Positions 36,438 through 46,683 of a stretch of DNA of 64,000 nt are shown in pieces; positions within the stretch are counted from its first letter, which is position 1, and every line of letters starts with the position of its first letter. Origin of the DNA: an uncultured Bacilli bacterium (GTDB taxonomy: Bacteria > Bacillota_I > Bacilli_A > RF39 > UBA660); contig CAWVIV010000010.1 of assembly GCA_963929435.1 (NCBI GenBank), forward strand, positions 942 to 64,941, in the 5' to 3' direction. Below the pieces are notes generated by a model. That model did not search any database. It was not told the origin of the DNA and was given only the letters and a program-made list of their open reading frames with translations. Position numbers and translations under genes: made by a program.

Positions 36438-37691
36438 CTATATGTCTTTTAATTCAAGATTTGCTCCTACTCCTAGGAGTTTTTCAACAATATTTTCATA
36501 ACCTCTTAAAATGTGTTCAACATTAGTTATCTTTGTAGTACCACTTGCCATTAAGCCAGCGATTACTAAAGATGCTCCGGCTCTAAGGTCAGTTGCAACT
36601 ACATCTGTTCCTGTTAATTTGGTTGGACCAATGATAGTTGAAGTTTGATTTTTTACTCTTATATCGGCACCCATTTGATTTAAATATGGTATGTGCATAA
36701 ATCTATTTTCATAAATTGTTTCTTCTATTTTACTTCTACCATTACACATAGTAAGAAGTGGTGTTAGGGGTTGTTGAAGGTCTGTAGCAAAACCTGGATA
36801 AGTTTGGGTTTTGACATTTACTGGTTTATAGTTTTTTCCACTACTTACAATTATATAATCGGCTCCTATATCTAGAAATACTCCCATTTCTTCTAATTTA
36901 CTAGTTAAAGCTTCGATATGTTCTGGGATGATATTAGATATTTTTAAATTATTACCAATGGCAGCGCCAAGGATTACATATGTTCCGGCTTCTATTCTAT
37001 CAGGAATTACTTCGTGGAAACATTTGCCTAACTTTTCAACACCAATAATTTCAATACTACTTGTTCCTGCTCCTCTTATTTTAGCACCCATATTGTTTAG
37101 TAGGGTTGCGACATTAACAATTTCTGGTTCTTTTGCAGCATTATCAATAATAGTTGTTCCTTTAGCAAGAACTGCTGCTAGCATGATATTAATTGTGGCA
37201 CCAACGCTTGCAAAGTCTAGATAGATATTAGCACCCTTTAACTCTTTTGCTTCTACGGTATAAATATTTTCTTTGTTAGTAACTGTAGCACCTAAGGCTT
37301 CAAAACCTTTAAGATGAAGATTAATTGGTCTTGCTCCTATTGAACAGCCTCCAGGTAAGGCCATCGTTACTTTTTTAAATTTACCAAGCATGGCTCCCAT
37401 AAAGTAGTATGATGCTCTTAGTTTCTTAGTGTACATACTAGGTATTTCTTTGTTTACCATATCCTTTGGATTAATAACAAGACTTTCTGTCGCTCTTTTT
37501 ACACCAACATTTAAAAACTCTAATATCTCACATAAAGCAGCGGTATCTGTAATATCAGGGACATTGCAGATAGTTACTTCTTCACTCGATAAAATTGCTG
37601 CTGGTATTAATGCTACTACACTATTTTTAGCCCCACTTATTCTTATTGTTCCAGAAAGAGGATTGCCTCCTTTTATTTCAAGCATTTTCAT
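36438..37691 (-). CDS. murA: UDP-N-acetylglucosamine 1-carboxyvinyltransferase
   Basis: 417 aa with ISGAKNS, LPGGCSIGARPINLH and full-length MurA architecture. Confidence 0.92.
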   Translation of the reverse strand: MKMLEIKGGNPLSGTIRISGAKNSVVALIPAAILSSEEVTICNVPDITDTAALCEILEFLNVGVKRATESLVINPKDMVNKEIPSMYTKKLRASYYFMGAMLGKFKKVTMALPGGCSIGARPINLHLKGFEALGATVTNKENIYTVEAKELKGANIYLDFASVGATINIMLAAVLAKGTTIIDNAAKEPEIVNVATLLNNMGAKIRGAGTSSIEIIGVEKLGKCFHEVIPDRIEAGTYVILGAAIGNNLKISNIIPEHIEALTSKLEEMGVFLDIGADYIIVSSGKNYKPVNVKTQTYPGFATDLQQPLTPLLTMCNGRSKIEETIYENRFMHIPYLNQMGADIRVKNQTSTIIGPTKLTGTDVVATDLRAGASLVIAGLMASGTTKITNVEHILRGYENIVEKLLGVGANLELKDI

Positions 37692-37729
37692 AGTTAATCA
37701 CACACTTTCTACTATATTATATTATTAAT

Positions 37730-38587
37730 TTAATTTTTGGAACTAATATGATTTGGGTTAAAAACATCTACAAGTTCACTTATTTTATCTTTCATAGCAG
37801 ATTCACCACTACCTATAACTTTTCTTGGGTCATAAATGCTAGGATTTGTATTAATAAAATCTACTACGGCCTTATGCCAAGTTACTTGTAATTCTGTATT
37901 TATATTAATTTTACTAATTCCACAGCTTATTGCCTTTTTTATCATATCATAAGGAATTCCTGTTCCACCATGTAATACTAATGGAATAGATAAAGCCTCA
38001 TTTATCTCTTTCATTCTATCAAAGTCAAGATTAGGTTCTCCTTTATATAATCCATGAACTGAACCTAAAGCAGGAGCGATAGAGTCTATTCCTGTTTTAG
38101 CAAGTTCAATGCAGTCTTCTAGAGTTGCTCTAAAGACATCACCATAAACATTATCTTCAGTACCACCAACATGGCCTACTTCTGCTTCTACGGATACTCC
38201 TTTAGGATGAGCATAATCTACTACTTCTTTAGTTATTTTTTTATTAGTTTCTAAGTCATATTTACTAGCATCTATCATAACACTAGAAAATCCAGCATCT
38301 ATCGCTTCTTTACAACTTTCAAAACTACTTCCATGGTCTAGATGTAGGCAGACAGGAATAGTTATATTTAAATCTTTAATTAATCCTTCTACCATACATC
38401 TTACAGCATAAAAACCTCCCATATACTTTTTAGCACCTTCACTAACACCTAATATTACGGGAAGATTTTCTTCTTGCATTTTCTCTAAAATATATTTTGT
38501 CCACTCTAAATTATTTATATTAAAATGTGGAACGGCATATTTCTTTTCTTTGGCATCTTTTAACATTTCATTAAAATTTACTAACAC
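37730..38587 (-). CDS. fba: Class II fructose-1,6-bisphosphate aldolase
   Basis: Has [17 protein letters not shown] and [14 protein letters not shown] start follows GAAGGTGA. Confidence 0.9.
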   Translation of the reverse strand: MLVNFNEMLKDAKEKKYAVPHFNINNLEWTKYILEKMQEENLPVILGVSEGAKKYMGGFYAVRCMVEGLIKDLNITIPVCLHLDHGSSFESCKEAIDAGFSSVMIDASKYDLETNKKITKEVVDYAHPKGVSVEAEVGHVGGTEDNVYGDVFRATLEDCIELAKTGIDSIAPALGSVHGLYKGEPNLDFDRMKEINEALSIPLVLHGGTGIPYDMIKKAISCGISKININTELQVTWHKAVVDFINTNPSIYDPRKVIGSGESAMKDKISELVDVFNPNHISSKN

Positions 38588-38697
38588 TATTATCACCTTC
38601 ATATATATAATAATGCATGTATCTAGTGTTTGTCAAAAGAAAAAGAAAGTTGTTTCTTCCTTTTAATTGCTTATTATTTATTATATTTAATATAAAA

Positions 38698-38775
38698 ATC
38701 ACACTTTTGCAGGTATTTTGAACCAATTTATCACACTTTTGCAACGTTTTTTAGACTCTTTATCACATTTTTGTA
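38698..38775. repeat. Three direct repeats ATCACA(C/T)TTTTG(C/T)A with a 32-bp period
   Basis: Copies at 38698-38711, 38730-38743 and 38762-38775. The third forms the last codons and stop of the upstream gene. The array lies upstream of the fba promoter region. Confidence 0.8.
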
Positions 38776-39524
38776 ATGCTTTCTAAATAATAATTATAAT
38801 TATCTTCATCATAGATAAAAGTGTATTGATATTTATTTATTTTGTCATAGTCATTATCAATATTGAAAGTCTGTGCAGTTAGGCCATCTATAACTTCTCC
38901 TGTTGGTTGATAAACTCCATTTTCATCTGTTAATGCAACTGCAACATTAATTAGTATTTTATTATCTTTTTTAGTTGCTTCAATTACTTTTTGATTTAAA
39001 ACCTTTTGACCTGTTCCTAGTCCGGCATGTTCAAAAACATCTGTATATCTATAATATTTTTCTCCAGTAGCATACTCTGTTAATTCCATTACTTGCATTG
39101 TTGGATTGGTTATACCTGGATAATTTATACTCTCATCTGCAATATTTAAATTAGGACCATATAGTTCTTTTGTTTTATCTCTAAAGTCTTCAATATCAAT
39201 GGTATCAGTATAGACATTTCCTAAATTCATAGAAACAGTATATCTAATAAAATTATCATCTAAATTGGTTGTAGTTACTGGGCTATCATTATATAAAAAT
39301 TGATATGCATAAATTCCACCATTATATCTTTCTATTAAATTTTTGATATATAGACTATTGACTTTTAAGTTTTCTTCATTAGTTATAGGTTCTTGACTAG
39401 TATTTTCATTAGCAGTTTGCTTTTGTTCTTTATTTTCATCTTGTAGAAAATTATCATACACAATATATCCACTAGTTCCAACTAACCCTAATAATAAAAT
39501 TATTATTATAATATTTTTCTTCAT
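38763..39524 (-). CDS. Membrane-anchored hypothetical protein
   Basis: Start MKKNIIIIILLLGLVGTSGY (ATG 39524) after GAGGTGA. No family recognised. Confidence 0.55.
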   Translation of the reverse strand: MKKNIIIIILLLGLVGTSGYIVYDNFLQDENKEQKQTANENTSQEPITNEENLKVNSLYIKNLIERYNGGIYAYQFLYNDSPVTTTNLDDNFIRYTVSMNLGNVYTDTIDIEDFRDKTKELYGPNLNIADESINYPGITNPTMQVMELTEYATGEKYYRYTDVFEHAGLGTGQKVLNQKVIEATKKDNKILINVAVALTDENGVYQPTGEVIDGLTAQTFNIDNDYDKINKYQYTFIYDEDNYNYYLESITKM

Positions 39525-39585
39525 ATGCTTCACCTCTAGTTCAATATTATCATATTGGTTATATAACCGCAAAGAAAAAGAAGTA

Positions 39586-39693
39586 TTATTTAACTTCTTT
39601 TACAAGTGGGTTTACAATATGAAATCTTAATGGAAGTATTTCTTTTTTCATAATCTCTTCCATTTCTTCATCTGTAATTATTCTTTTTCTCAT
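39586..39693 (-). CDS. Possible small protein (35 aa), hypothetical
   Basis: MRKRIITDEEMEEIMKKEILPLRFHIVNPLVKEVK, with GGGTGAAG upstream. The stop is embedded in hairpin AAAGAAGT/ACTTCTTT followed by a T-run. It is below the ORF-track cutoff. Confidence 0.3.
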   Translation of the reverse strand: MRKRIITDEEMEEIMKKEILPLRFHIVNPLVKEVK

Positions 39694-39733
39694 AATACTT
39701 CACCCAAGTTTAGTTTTTACAATATTTTTCTTT

Positions 39734-40279
39734 TTATTCAAAGAAATAAGTAAGTGCTAGTATAAATAGTAAAATACTTCCAATTATATTGGCGACTTTA
39801 CCAAATTTTAAAGTTAAAAACTTACCGATATTAAGTCCTAAAAAGGTAAAGATAAAACTTGTTATTGCAAAGACTGCTCCTGCTAAATAGATATTTTCAT
39901 TGTGTGTTCCTAGGGCAATTCCCACTGAGAAACTATCGATACTTACACTAAAACCGAATAGGAAAGCATTCGCTAAACTTTTAAAATCTTTTTTCTCTTC
40001 GCCTAAGTCTTTTATATTAAGTAACATCTCAACACTTAGAATAGTAAAGATTATTCCTACTAAAACATCGGGATTACTTATTATATGATGAACAATAAAT
40101 AGTCCTAATATACTTCCTAAAAGGGGCATAAAAAAGTGAAATACTCCTACTGTTATACTTAAAAAGTTTTTAATTTTATTAGATAGATTTAATGTTCCAT
40201 AGACAATAGATAAAGAAAAGGCATCCATACTTAGACCTATCGCTAGTATTATTAACTCTAAAATATCCAAAGTAATCAC
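39734..40279 (-). CDS. mntP: Manganese efflux pump MntP (DUF204)
   Basis: The duplicated motif LSMDAFSLS / VSIDSFSVG in a 6-TM, 181-aa protein. Confidence 0.8.
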   Translation of the reverse strand: MITLDILELIILAIGLSMDAFSLSIVYGTLNLSNKIKNFLSITVGVFHFFMPLLGSILGLFIVHHIISNPDVLVGIIFTILSVEMLLNIKDLGEEKKDFKSLANAFLFGFSVSIDSFSVGIALGTHNENIYLAGAVFAITSFIFTFLGLNIGKFLTLKFGKVANIIGSILLFILALTYFFE

Positions 40280-40312
40280 CTATCAAATTTTATTCAGATA
40301 GGTAGATATTTA

Positions 40313-40840
40313 TTATAAGTATTTATCTATCATTTCTTTAACAAATGATTTATATTCTACTTCATCAGTATTATTATTCTCGCCTTCCATTAAACATAAA
40401 GGAGGAAATAAAACACACCACCAATTTTCACCATTTCCACTTCCAAGAGTTACGACTAGTGACTCATAATAACCTTCTTCATAGATAACTCCTTTATAGT
40501 TTTTCTCTGGAAAATAATTGATACCGTAGTTTACTTTGTAGCTTGTGTTTATCTTATTAGTTAGAAGTGTTCTTTCTACTAAAGATTCAAAATGACTTTG
40601 ATTTTCTTTTAAAATAGTTCTTGTTTCATCAATTGAAGTACTGTTTTTTAAAAGAGTATCTAAATCATCTTCTAAAGCATCTTTAACAATAGTTTTCGCT
40701 TCTTGGTCTTCTTTAGTGTTTGATTCTGCTATTACTCTAAATCTTATCGCTTCATCAGGTATTACTATCTCATCACTTTCTTTATTTAAATTAGGAATAA
40801 ATACTAAGATTAAACTTGCTAAGATTAAATATTTTTTCAT
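40313..40840 (-). CDS. spoIIR: Stage II sporulation protein R
   Basis: Signal peptide, IRFRVIAESNTKEDQEAK and GENWWCVLFPPLC. Confidence 0.85.
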   Translation of the reverse strand: MKKYLILASLILVFIPNLNKESDEIVIPDEAIRFRVIAESNTKEDQEAKTIVKDALEDDLDTLLKNSTSIDETRTILKENQSHFESLVERTLLTNKINTSYKVNYGINYFPEKNYKGVIYEEGYYESLVVTLGSGNGENWWCVLFPPLCLMEGENNNTDEVEYKSFVKEMIDKYL

Positions 40841-40891
40841 ATAAAAATATCACCCTTTCTACACTTAATTAATGAGTGATATTTTATATTT

Positions 40892-41719
40892 TTAATCAAT
40901 ATTTTTTTCGACAAAAAGCATTCTATCTTTAGCACTTAAATCTTTTTTGATAGTTACTCTACTATTAGGAATAGTCTCTTTGATTAATTCTTTTAATTTT
41001 TCTCCTTCAAGATATCCTATTTCAAAGGCAATTAAATAATCATCTTTTAGGTAGTTATTAATATCTTTTAAAATGCTTCTATAACAGTCCAGTCCATCGC
41101 TTCCTCCATATAAGGCAATGGCTGGCTCATTATTCTTAACTATCTCTTCTATTTCTTCATCAGTCATAATATACGGGGGATTTGATACTATAACATCATA
41201 TTTATCTACAGGAACATTACTAAACCAGTCACTTTTTATAAAGTTAACATCTAGTCCTAGACTTTTAGCATTAGATTCTGCTACTTTCAAAGCTTCTTCA
41301 CTAATATCAACTAAAGTTACTAAAGAATCAGGAAAGAAGTGTTTTAAAGTTAGGCCTATAACACCACTACCACAGCCTAAATCCAATATTTTAGGACTAG
41401 TTATTTTTTTCTTTTCAAGATAGTTTTTAATATTTTCAACTAACTCTTCTGTCTCAAAACGGGGTATTAAAACATTTTCATTAACTTTAAATTTCAAGCC
41501 ATAGAAATTAACATGACCTATTACGTATTGAATAGGTCTATTTTCACTTAAAGCTTTTAAAGATTCTTTATAAAGATTAACCTTATCTTCTTCAACTATT
41601 TTATCTAATATAGTTAATAGTTCTAGAGGATTAACTTCTAAAAGTATTGCAAGTAACATTTTGGCATGAGTACTACTGGTATATTTTTTTCCTAGGACTA
41701 TTAACTCTTCAACTGTCAT
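40892..41719 (-). CDS. prmC: Release-factor glutamine methyltransferase PrmC/HemK
   Basis: Has LDLGCGSG and VSNPPYI. It overlaps the prfA stop. Confidence 0.9.
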   Translation of the reverse strand: MTVEELIVLGKKYTSSTHAKMLLAILLEVNPLELLTILDKIVEEDKVNLYKESLKALSENRPIQYVIGHVNFYGLKFKVNENVLIPRFETEELVENIKNYLEKKKITSPKILDLGCGSGVIGLTLKHFFPDSLVTLVDISEEALKVAESNAKSLGLDVNFIKSDWFSNVPVDKYDVIVSNPPYIMTDEEIEEIVKNNEPAIALYGGSDGLDCYRSILKDINNYLKDDYLIAFEIGYLEGEKLKELIKETIPNSRVTIKKDLSAKDRMLFVEKNID

Positions 41720-42777
41720 TCTTCTTCTCCTGCTAGTTTTCTTCTTTGGTCTTCCATAGTTAAAGCTTCTATTATCTCATCTAAATCTCCATTCATAACT
41801 CTATCTAAGTTATTAGTAGTAAAGCCAATTCTATGGTCTGTTACTCTATTTTGTGGATAGTTATATGTTCTTATTTTTTCGGCTCTATCTCCTGTACCTA
41901 TTTTATTACGACGAGATTCACCTAATTCTTCTTCTTGATGCCTTAATTCTTGTTCATAAAGTCTTGCTTTTAATACTTTCATGGCCTGCTCTTTATTTTG
42001 AATTTGACTTCTTTCATTTTGACAAGTTACAACTGTATTTGTTGGTAAGTGAGTAATACGAACAGCACTATCTGTAGTATTTACCCCTTGTCCACCACAA
42101 CCAGATGAACGATAAATATCTATTCTAAGGTCTTGAGGATTTATTTCAATATTAACATCTTCTGCTTCTGGCATTACAAGTACTGTTGCAGTTGAAGTTT
42201 GAATTCTTCCATTACTCTCAGTAACAGGTATTCTTTGAACTCTATGAGAACCACTTTCATACTTAAGCTTTGAGTAAGCACCATTACCTTTAACCATAAA
42301 TTCTACTTGACTAAAGCCTCCTGCTGTTCCTTCTTCAGCATTGATTAATTCTGTTTTAAAACCTACTTTATCTGCATATTTAGAATACATTCTATAAAGG
42401 TCACCTGCGAAGATATTAGCTTCATCTCCTCCAGCTGCTCCTCTTATTTCGACAATAACGTTTTTATTATCGTTAGGGTCTTTTGGTATTAATAGTATCT
42501 CTAAATCATGTTCTAACTTTTCTTTCTTTGCTTCTAAGTCTTTTAACTCTTCTTTAGCGATATCTTTTAACTCATCATCTTTTAACATTTCTTTAGTCTC
42601 AGGAATAGCTTCAAGTACTTTCTTATATTCACGATACACATTAACTGTTTCTTCTAAATCAGACATCTCTTTTGATAATTCTCTTGTTTTATTAATATCT
42701 TTTAAGACTTCTTCACTCATTAGTTCTTGTTGTAAGTCCATATATTTCTTTTCAGTAGCTTCAAGACGTTCTATCAT
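41716..42777 (-). CDS. prfA: Peptide chain release factor 1
   Basis: Has PVTE(S) in the PxT-region context, [20 protein letters not shown] (GGQ), and start [12 protein letters not shown]. Confidence 0.92.
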   Translation of the reverse strand: MIERLEATEKKYMDLQQELMSEEVLKDINKTRELSKEMSDLEETVNVYREYKKVLEAIPETKEMLKDDELKDIAKEELKDLEAKKEKLEHDLEILLIPKDPNDNKNVIVEIRGAAGGDEANIFAGDLYRMYSKYADKVGFKTELINAEEGTAGGFSQVEFMVKGNGAYSKLKYESGSHRVQRIPVTESNGRIQTSTATVLVMPEAEDVNIEINPQDLRIDIYRSSGCGGQGVNTTDSAVRITHLPTNTVVTCQNERSQIQNKEQAMKVLKARLYEQELRHQEEELGESRRNKIGTGDRAEKIRTYNYPQNRVTDHRIGFTTNNLDRVMNGDLDEIIEALTMEDQRRKLAGEEE

Positions 42778-42805
42778 TATAACCAGTCCTTTCTTTTTCT
42801 TTGTA

Positions 42806-42834
42806 ATTATAGCATAGCTTCCCTTTAAATACAA
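42806..42834 (-). promoter_or_regulatory. Putative prfA promoter (TTGTAT - 17 nt - TATAAT)
   Basis: Minus-strand hexamers at 42834-42829 and 42811-42806. The IS4-like target duplication begins only 3 bp upstream of the -35. Confidence 0.45.
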
Positions 42835-42845
42835 TGTTTGTTTTA

Positions 42846-44458
42846 TTTGAGTTTCGGTTTTTTATGAAAAATTTAAATTACTTAAATCTCTTTTTTATTA
42901 AGACACACAAAAACAATGTAATTATTGATTTACATTTTGTTTACTAAAATTATATTTAAGTTGACACTATATATAGTCTAAGATTTATGTTTGTTTTTTA
43001 AATTGCTAATTTAAATGATAACTGTTTATCTTTTTCTTTATGCTTTATATGTTTCCATTCAGATATACCATTTCTAGCATATTTTAATATGTTATAAATT
43101 CCTTTAGATATTATTCCAAACATAATAATTAAATCTTCCTTTAGTGCCATTGCTCTTTCTACAATAATATTGCAAAAATAATTAGTATCAAGTTTTTCTA
43201 CTATTGTAGCCATATAAAACATTACTAGTGTTAAAAACATATTAAAATTATTCATTGATTTTAATGTTCTAAGTAATGAATTTTCCCAACCAAATTCTTC
43301 TTTTTTAGTTTTAAAATATTCCTCTATTCTCCATCTCAAAAAATATAACTTTGCTATTTTTCTCGCAGTATTTGCATCTTCTATTTCTATATTAGTTAAC
43401 AACATCATTGGTAAGTCATCGTCAGTATTAAGACCATGTATTGTTAATAATGTTAATTGTTTCTCTTTCATACAAGGAAGAGATACTTTAGTATAACTAA
43501 TATAACACTCTCTATTTTCTCCTTTATACATTAACGTTGTTAAAACTTTTCCTTTTCTTTCTAATGCTACTTCTTTTACGAGTCTCAATTTATCTTTAAA
43601 TCTCAAATTTCTATTACCTTTTAATCTAGTTACAAACTTATTATCTTCTTTTATATCTTTCTTAAAAAACTCATTTGCATCATAGCCTCTATCTCTTATA
43701 AAAATAGGTGTTTTATTATTTTCGTTTAATAAGTTGACAACATAATCTTCACCATTAATAGTCTCATCATTCTCACTTTTAAACTCATCACTCTTTGTAG
43801 AATAAATTTTTGAATACAAACTTATTGGAGTTTTACTTTTTCTACTTAATGCTGTGTATTCACATACTTTATAGCCATTAACATATTTTTCTGTTTGACT
43901 ACTTGCATCTCTAACAGTGCAAAGATCTTCAAGCTTTTTACTATATTCTTTATTTAAGTCTGTATCATCATTTAAAACTATTACTTCATTATCTGGTAAT
44001 AATTTCATTATTTCTTTTTGGCAATTTTGAATTAGCATTCTTTTCATGTAATCATCTAAATCTGCTAAGCCACTAGATAATCTATCTATTGTATATGGTA
44101 ATTTAGTATTTTCTTTTAATGTTCTTGCTATCTCACTCAAATGAGAACTTCTACTGGCAGATATTCCATAAATAACATCTTTACATAAATTTTTAACAGA
44201 TTTACACGTTCCTTCTGAAATTTTTTCTGAAAATTTTAAAATATCTCTTTTCATACTATATGTTTCTGTAGTAAAATAACTCATAGGAAAACACCTCCAA
44301 TTGTTGTTTAGTAATATTTCATTACTATGGTTATTTTATTAATATTATTATACTACAATTCTTGAGGATTTTCCTTATTTTATGCCTAAAAAAGTGAATC
44401 TGTGGATAACACATTTTCACTTTTTTCTTGTCAACTATTTTTTTCACCGAAACTCAAA
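42846..44458 (-). mobile_element. IS4-superfamily insertion sequence
   Basis: Terminal inverted repeats TTTGAGTTTCGGT (42846-42858) and ACCGAAACTCAAA (44446-44458). The 8-bp target duplication TTGTTTTA is at 42838-42845 and 44459-44466. Confidence 0.85.
42998..44284 (-). CDS. IS4-like DDE transposase
   Basis: 428 aa with the YFLRWRIEEYFKTKK (Y-2-R-3-E-6-K) motif and IFIRDRGYD. Confidence 0.85.
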   Translation of the reverse strand: MSYFTTETYSMKRDILKFSEKISEGTCKSVKNLCKDVIYGISASRSSHLSEIARTLKENTKLPYTIDRLSSGLADLDDYMKRMLIQNCQKEIMKLLPDNEVIVLNDDTDLNKEYSKKLEDLCTVRDASSQTEKYVNGYKVCEYTALSRKSKTPISLYSKIYSTKSDEFKSENDETINGEDYVVNLLNENNKTPIFIRDRGYDANEFFKKDIKEDNKFVTRLKGNRNLRFKDKLRLVKEVALERKGKVLTTLMYKGENRECYISYTKVSLPCMKEKQLTLLTIHGLNTDDDLPMMLLTNIEIEDANTARKIAKLYFLRWRIEEYFKTKKEEFGWENSLLRTLKSMNNFNMFLTLVMFYMATIVEKLDTNYFCNIIVERAMALKEDLIIMFGIISKGIYNILKYARNGISEWKHIKHKEKDKQLSFKLAI

Positions 44459-44635
44459 TTGTTTTACTATCCATAATTATACTCTGGTCGGTCCAAATTA
44501 CTCCTATCAATTCTTTTGGCTATTCTTCTTTTGAAACAAAAGAAATTTCATATTAGTTTTTATACTATATTGTAAAAATTACTGATATATACATTTTTAT
44601 TATTTTCTATTAATATTAATTTAGATAAAAATTAA

Positions 44636-45437
44636 TTATTTTGATAAATGCATCAAGTTCTCATAAATAAATTTAAACAATCTTCCTATTAATATAGAGG
44701 CATCTTCTTTAGAAGTCATTTGCTCCATAAAAAATCCAAAATAATATGCTTTATAATTCAATACAAAATATCCACAGTCATTTCTTAAATTTAAACTATT
44801 TAATCCTCCAGTTTTATGATACACTTCTATATCTTCATAAATATATCTTTGACTTGCATCTTTTAACCTTTGCTTGTGTAATATATTTTTTGCAATATCA
44901 CATAATTCTTTATTTAGAATCTTTTCTTGGAATAATTGTTTATATAAATAATACATATCTTCATTACTTGTATAATTTTCTTTTCCTGAGTCATATATTC
45001 CCATAAATCTATTAAGTTCTGTATTTAATAATCCAATTTCTTTAAAAAAATCATTATAATATTGAAAGCCAAATAATTCTATTAGTGCATCTGTTGCTAA
45101 ATTGTCACTATTAATTATCATAAAAGTTAATAATTCTAATATTGTCGCTTTTCTTTCAATTTCATTATATATTCCATCTTCATCATCTAAATCTAAATTT
45201 CTAAAATCTATTAATCTATCAAATTCTAATTCATTAATTTGGACTTTTTTTAATACTGCTATCATGATAGCTACTTTTATACAACTAGCAGAATTTACTT
45301 TTATATTTGGATTATGTTCTATCATTATATTCCCATCAAAGTCTTTAATTTCAATTGATATTTTACTTTTTTTCTGTGGTGTATTTATTTATTATTTCTT
45401 CCAAATCTTCGAATTTTAACTTGTTATTCATATTCAT
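44636..45437 (-). pseudogene. Class A beta-lactamase-like serine hydrolase (no signal peptide), one frameshift in a 7-nt homopolymer
   Basis: Has SCIK (SxxK), SDN (INSDNLA) and HKTGG (KTG). The N-terminal 24 codons (MNMNNKLKFEDLEEIINKYTTEKK) are in another frame, with the shift at the T7 run at 45367-45373. Confidence 0.6.
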
Positions 45438-45482
45438 TACTTCATCCTCCTCTACAAATTATATTATAAACAGTGAATAGAA

Positions 45483-46673
45483 CTATTGTAAATCATTATT
45501 TTTCCTAAGATATACAAGATATAGAGCGAGGGCAATTTGAAAATATCCGATTAGTGCTGCTACTCCAAATATATATTTAGAACCAAAGATAAATAATATA
45601 CCTGTTAAATATAAGCCTATGGCATTTCCTATATTACCTACTAGCTTTCTGATATTAGAGAATAATAATTGATATTTCGTATCTATTCTATTCAAATATA
45701 CGGCATCTGTTTTATTTTCATAAGCAGTTGTTAAGAATAGGGATATTGTGATAGCGATTAAGGTCATCGCTTTTGATGGGAAGATAAAAACTAAAGTATA
45801 GCCTAACATTCTAGGACCAAATTTAAGTAAAATAGTTAGATAATCATTTTTAGGGGTTAGTTTCTTTAAAGCTAACACTCCAAAGATATCTGCTATTATT
45901 CCCATTAATAGAAAATAGAAGGTAGCATTTTTAGATGATATATCTAAAATATTAGTTAATATTAACATCTGCATACCTAAAGCACAGTTATAAGAAAGGT
46001 CTGAGATAAAAATATATAATAAATAGATATTAGAGATTTTATCTTTTTTAAATACTTTTAAATAGTCTTTAGCTTTTATCTCTTTATATTTTATTTTATT
46101 ATTAAGTTTTACTTTACTTAAAGAGAATAATGCTATTATTAAACAAATTAGGGCAATTAAAAGAAAACTATTATAGTCAAAAATATAATTTCCTATAGTA
46201 AAGCCAAGTAATAGTCCTCCTATTAAAACTCCTAAATCTTGGCATATATAGGTTGTTAGTTGTCTATAACTATAGACTTTATCATCTTTAATAACTCTTG
46301 TGATTAAGGGATATATGGCTAAGTATCCTACTGTGTAACTTGCAATATCAAAGATAAATAGTATCGCTATCAATCTAGTAGATAAATGCTGATACCCTAT
46401 AAAAAGAATAATATAAGAAACTATTCTTATTAAAAGAGTTGCACTTAATAACTTCTTTATGTTGGTCATACTTATTTTTAGGGAAATAAATATTATAGAT
46501 ATGGCTCCAAAGAAAGTTGAAAGACTCATTACTCTACTTATTTCACTTGGGTCAAGACTATTTTCTTCTAACCATAGGAGTCTAAAGTTATTCCATAAAC
46601 CAAAAGAAATACTAAAGAAAATAATCATTAAAAATATGTATTTTAAGTTTTTGTTCTTAATTAATTCTTTCAT
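45483..46673 (-). CDS. MFS-type transporter (about 12 TM)
   Basis: 396-aa polytopic protein. The family was inferred from length and topology only. Confidence 0.55.
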   Translation of the reverse strand: MKELIKNKNLKYIFLMIIFFSISFGLWNNFRLLWLEENSLDPSEISRVMSLSTFFGAISIIFISLKISMTNIKKLLSATLLIRIVSYIILFIGYQHLSTRLIAILFIFDIASYTVGYLAIYPLITRVIKDDKVYSYRQLTTYICQDLGVLIGGLLLGFTIGNYIFDYNSFLLIALICLIIALFSLSKVKLNNKIKYKEIKAKDYLKVFKKDKISNIYLLYIFISDLSYNCALGMQMLILTNILDISSKNATFYFLLMGIIADIFGVLALKKLTPKNDYLTILLKFGPRMLGYTLVFIFPSKAMTLIAITISLFLTTAYENKTDAVYLNRIDTKYQLLFSNIRKLVGNIGNAIGLYLTGILFIFGSKYIFGVAALIGYFQIALALYLVYLRKNNDLQ

Positions 46674-46683
46674 GTTATACTCC

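Noticed and set aside
40280-40312. A yybP-ykoY manganese riboswitch upstream of mntP.
   Set aside because: Only 33 nt separate mntP from the preceding spoIIR stop, which leaves no room for the riboswitch.
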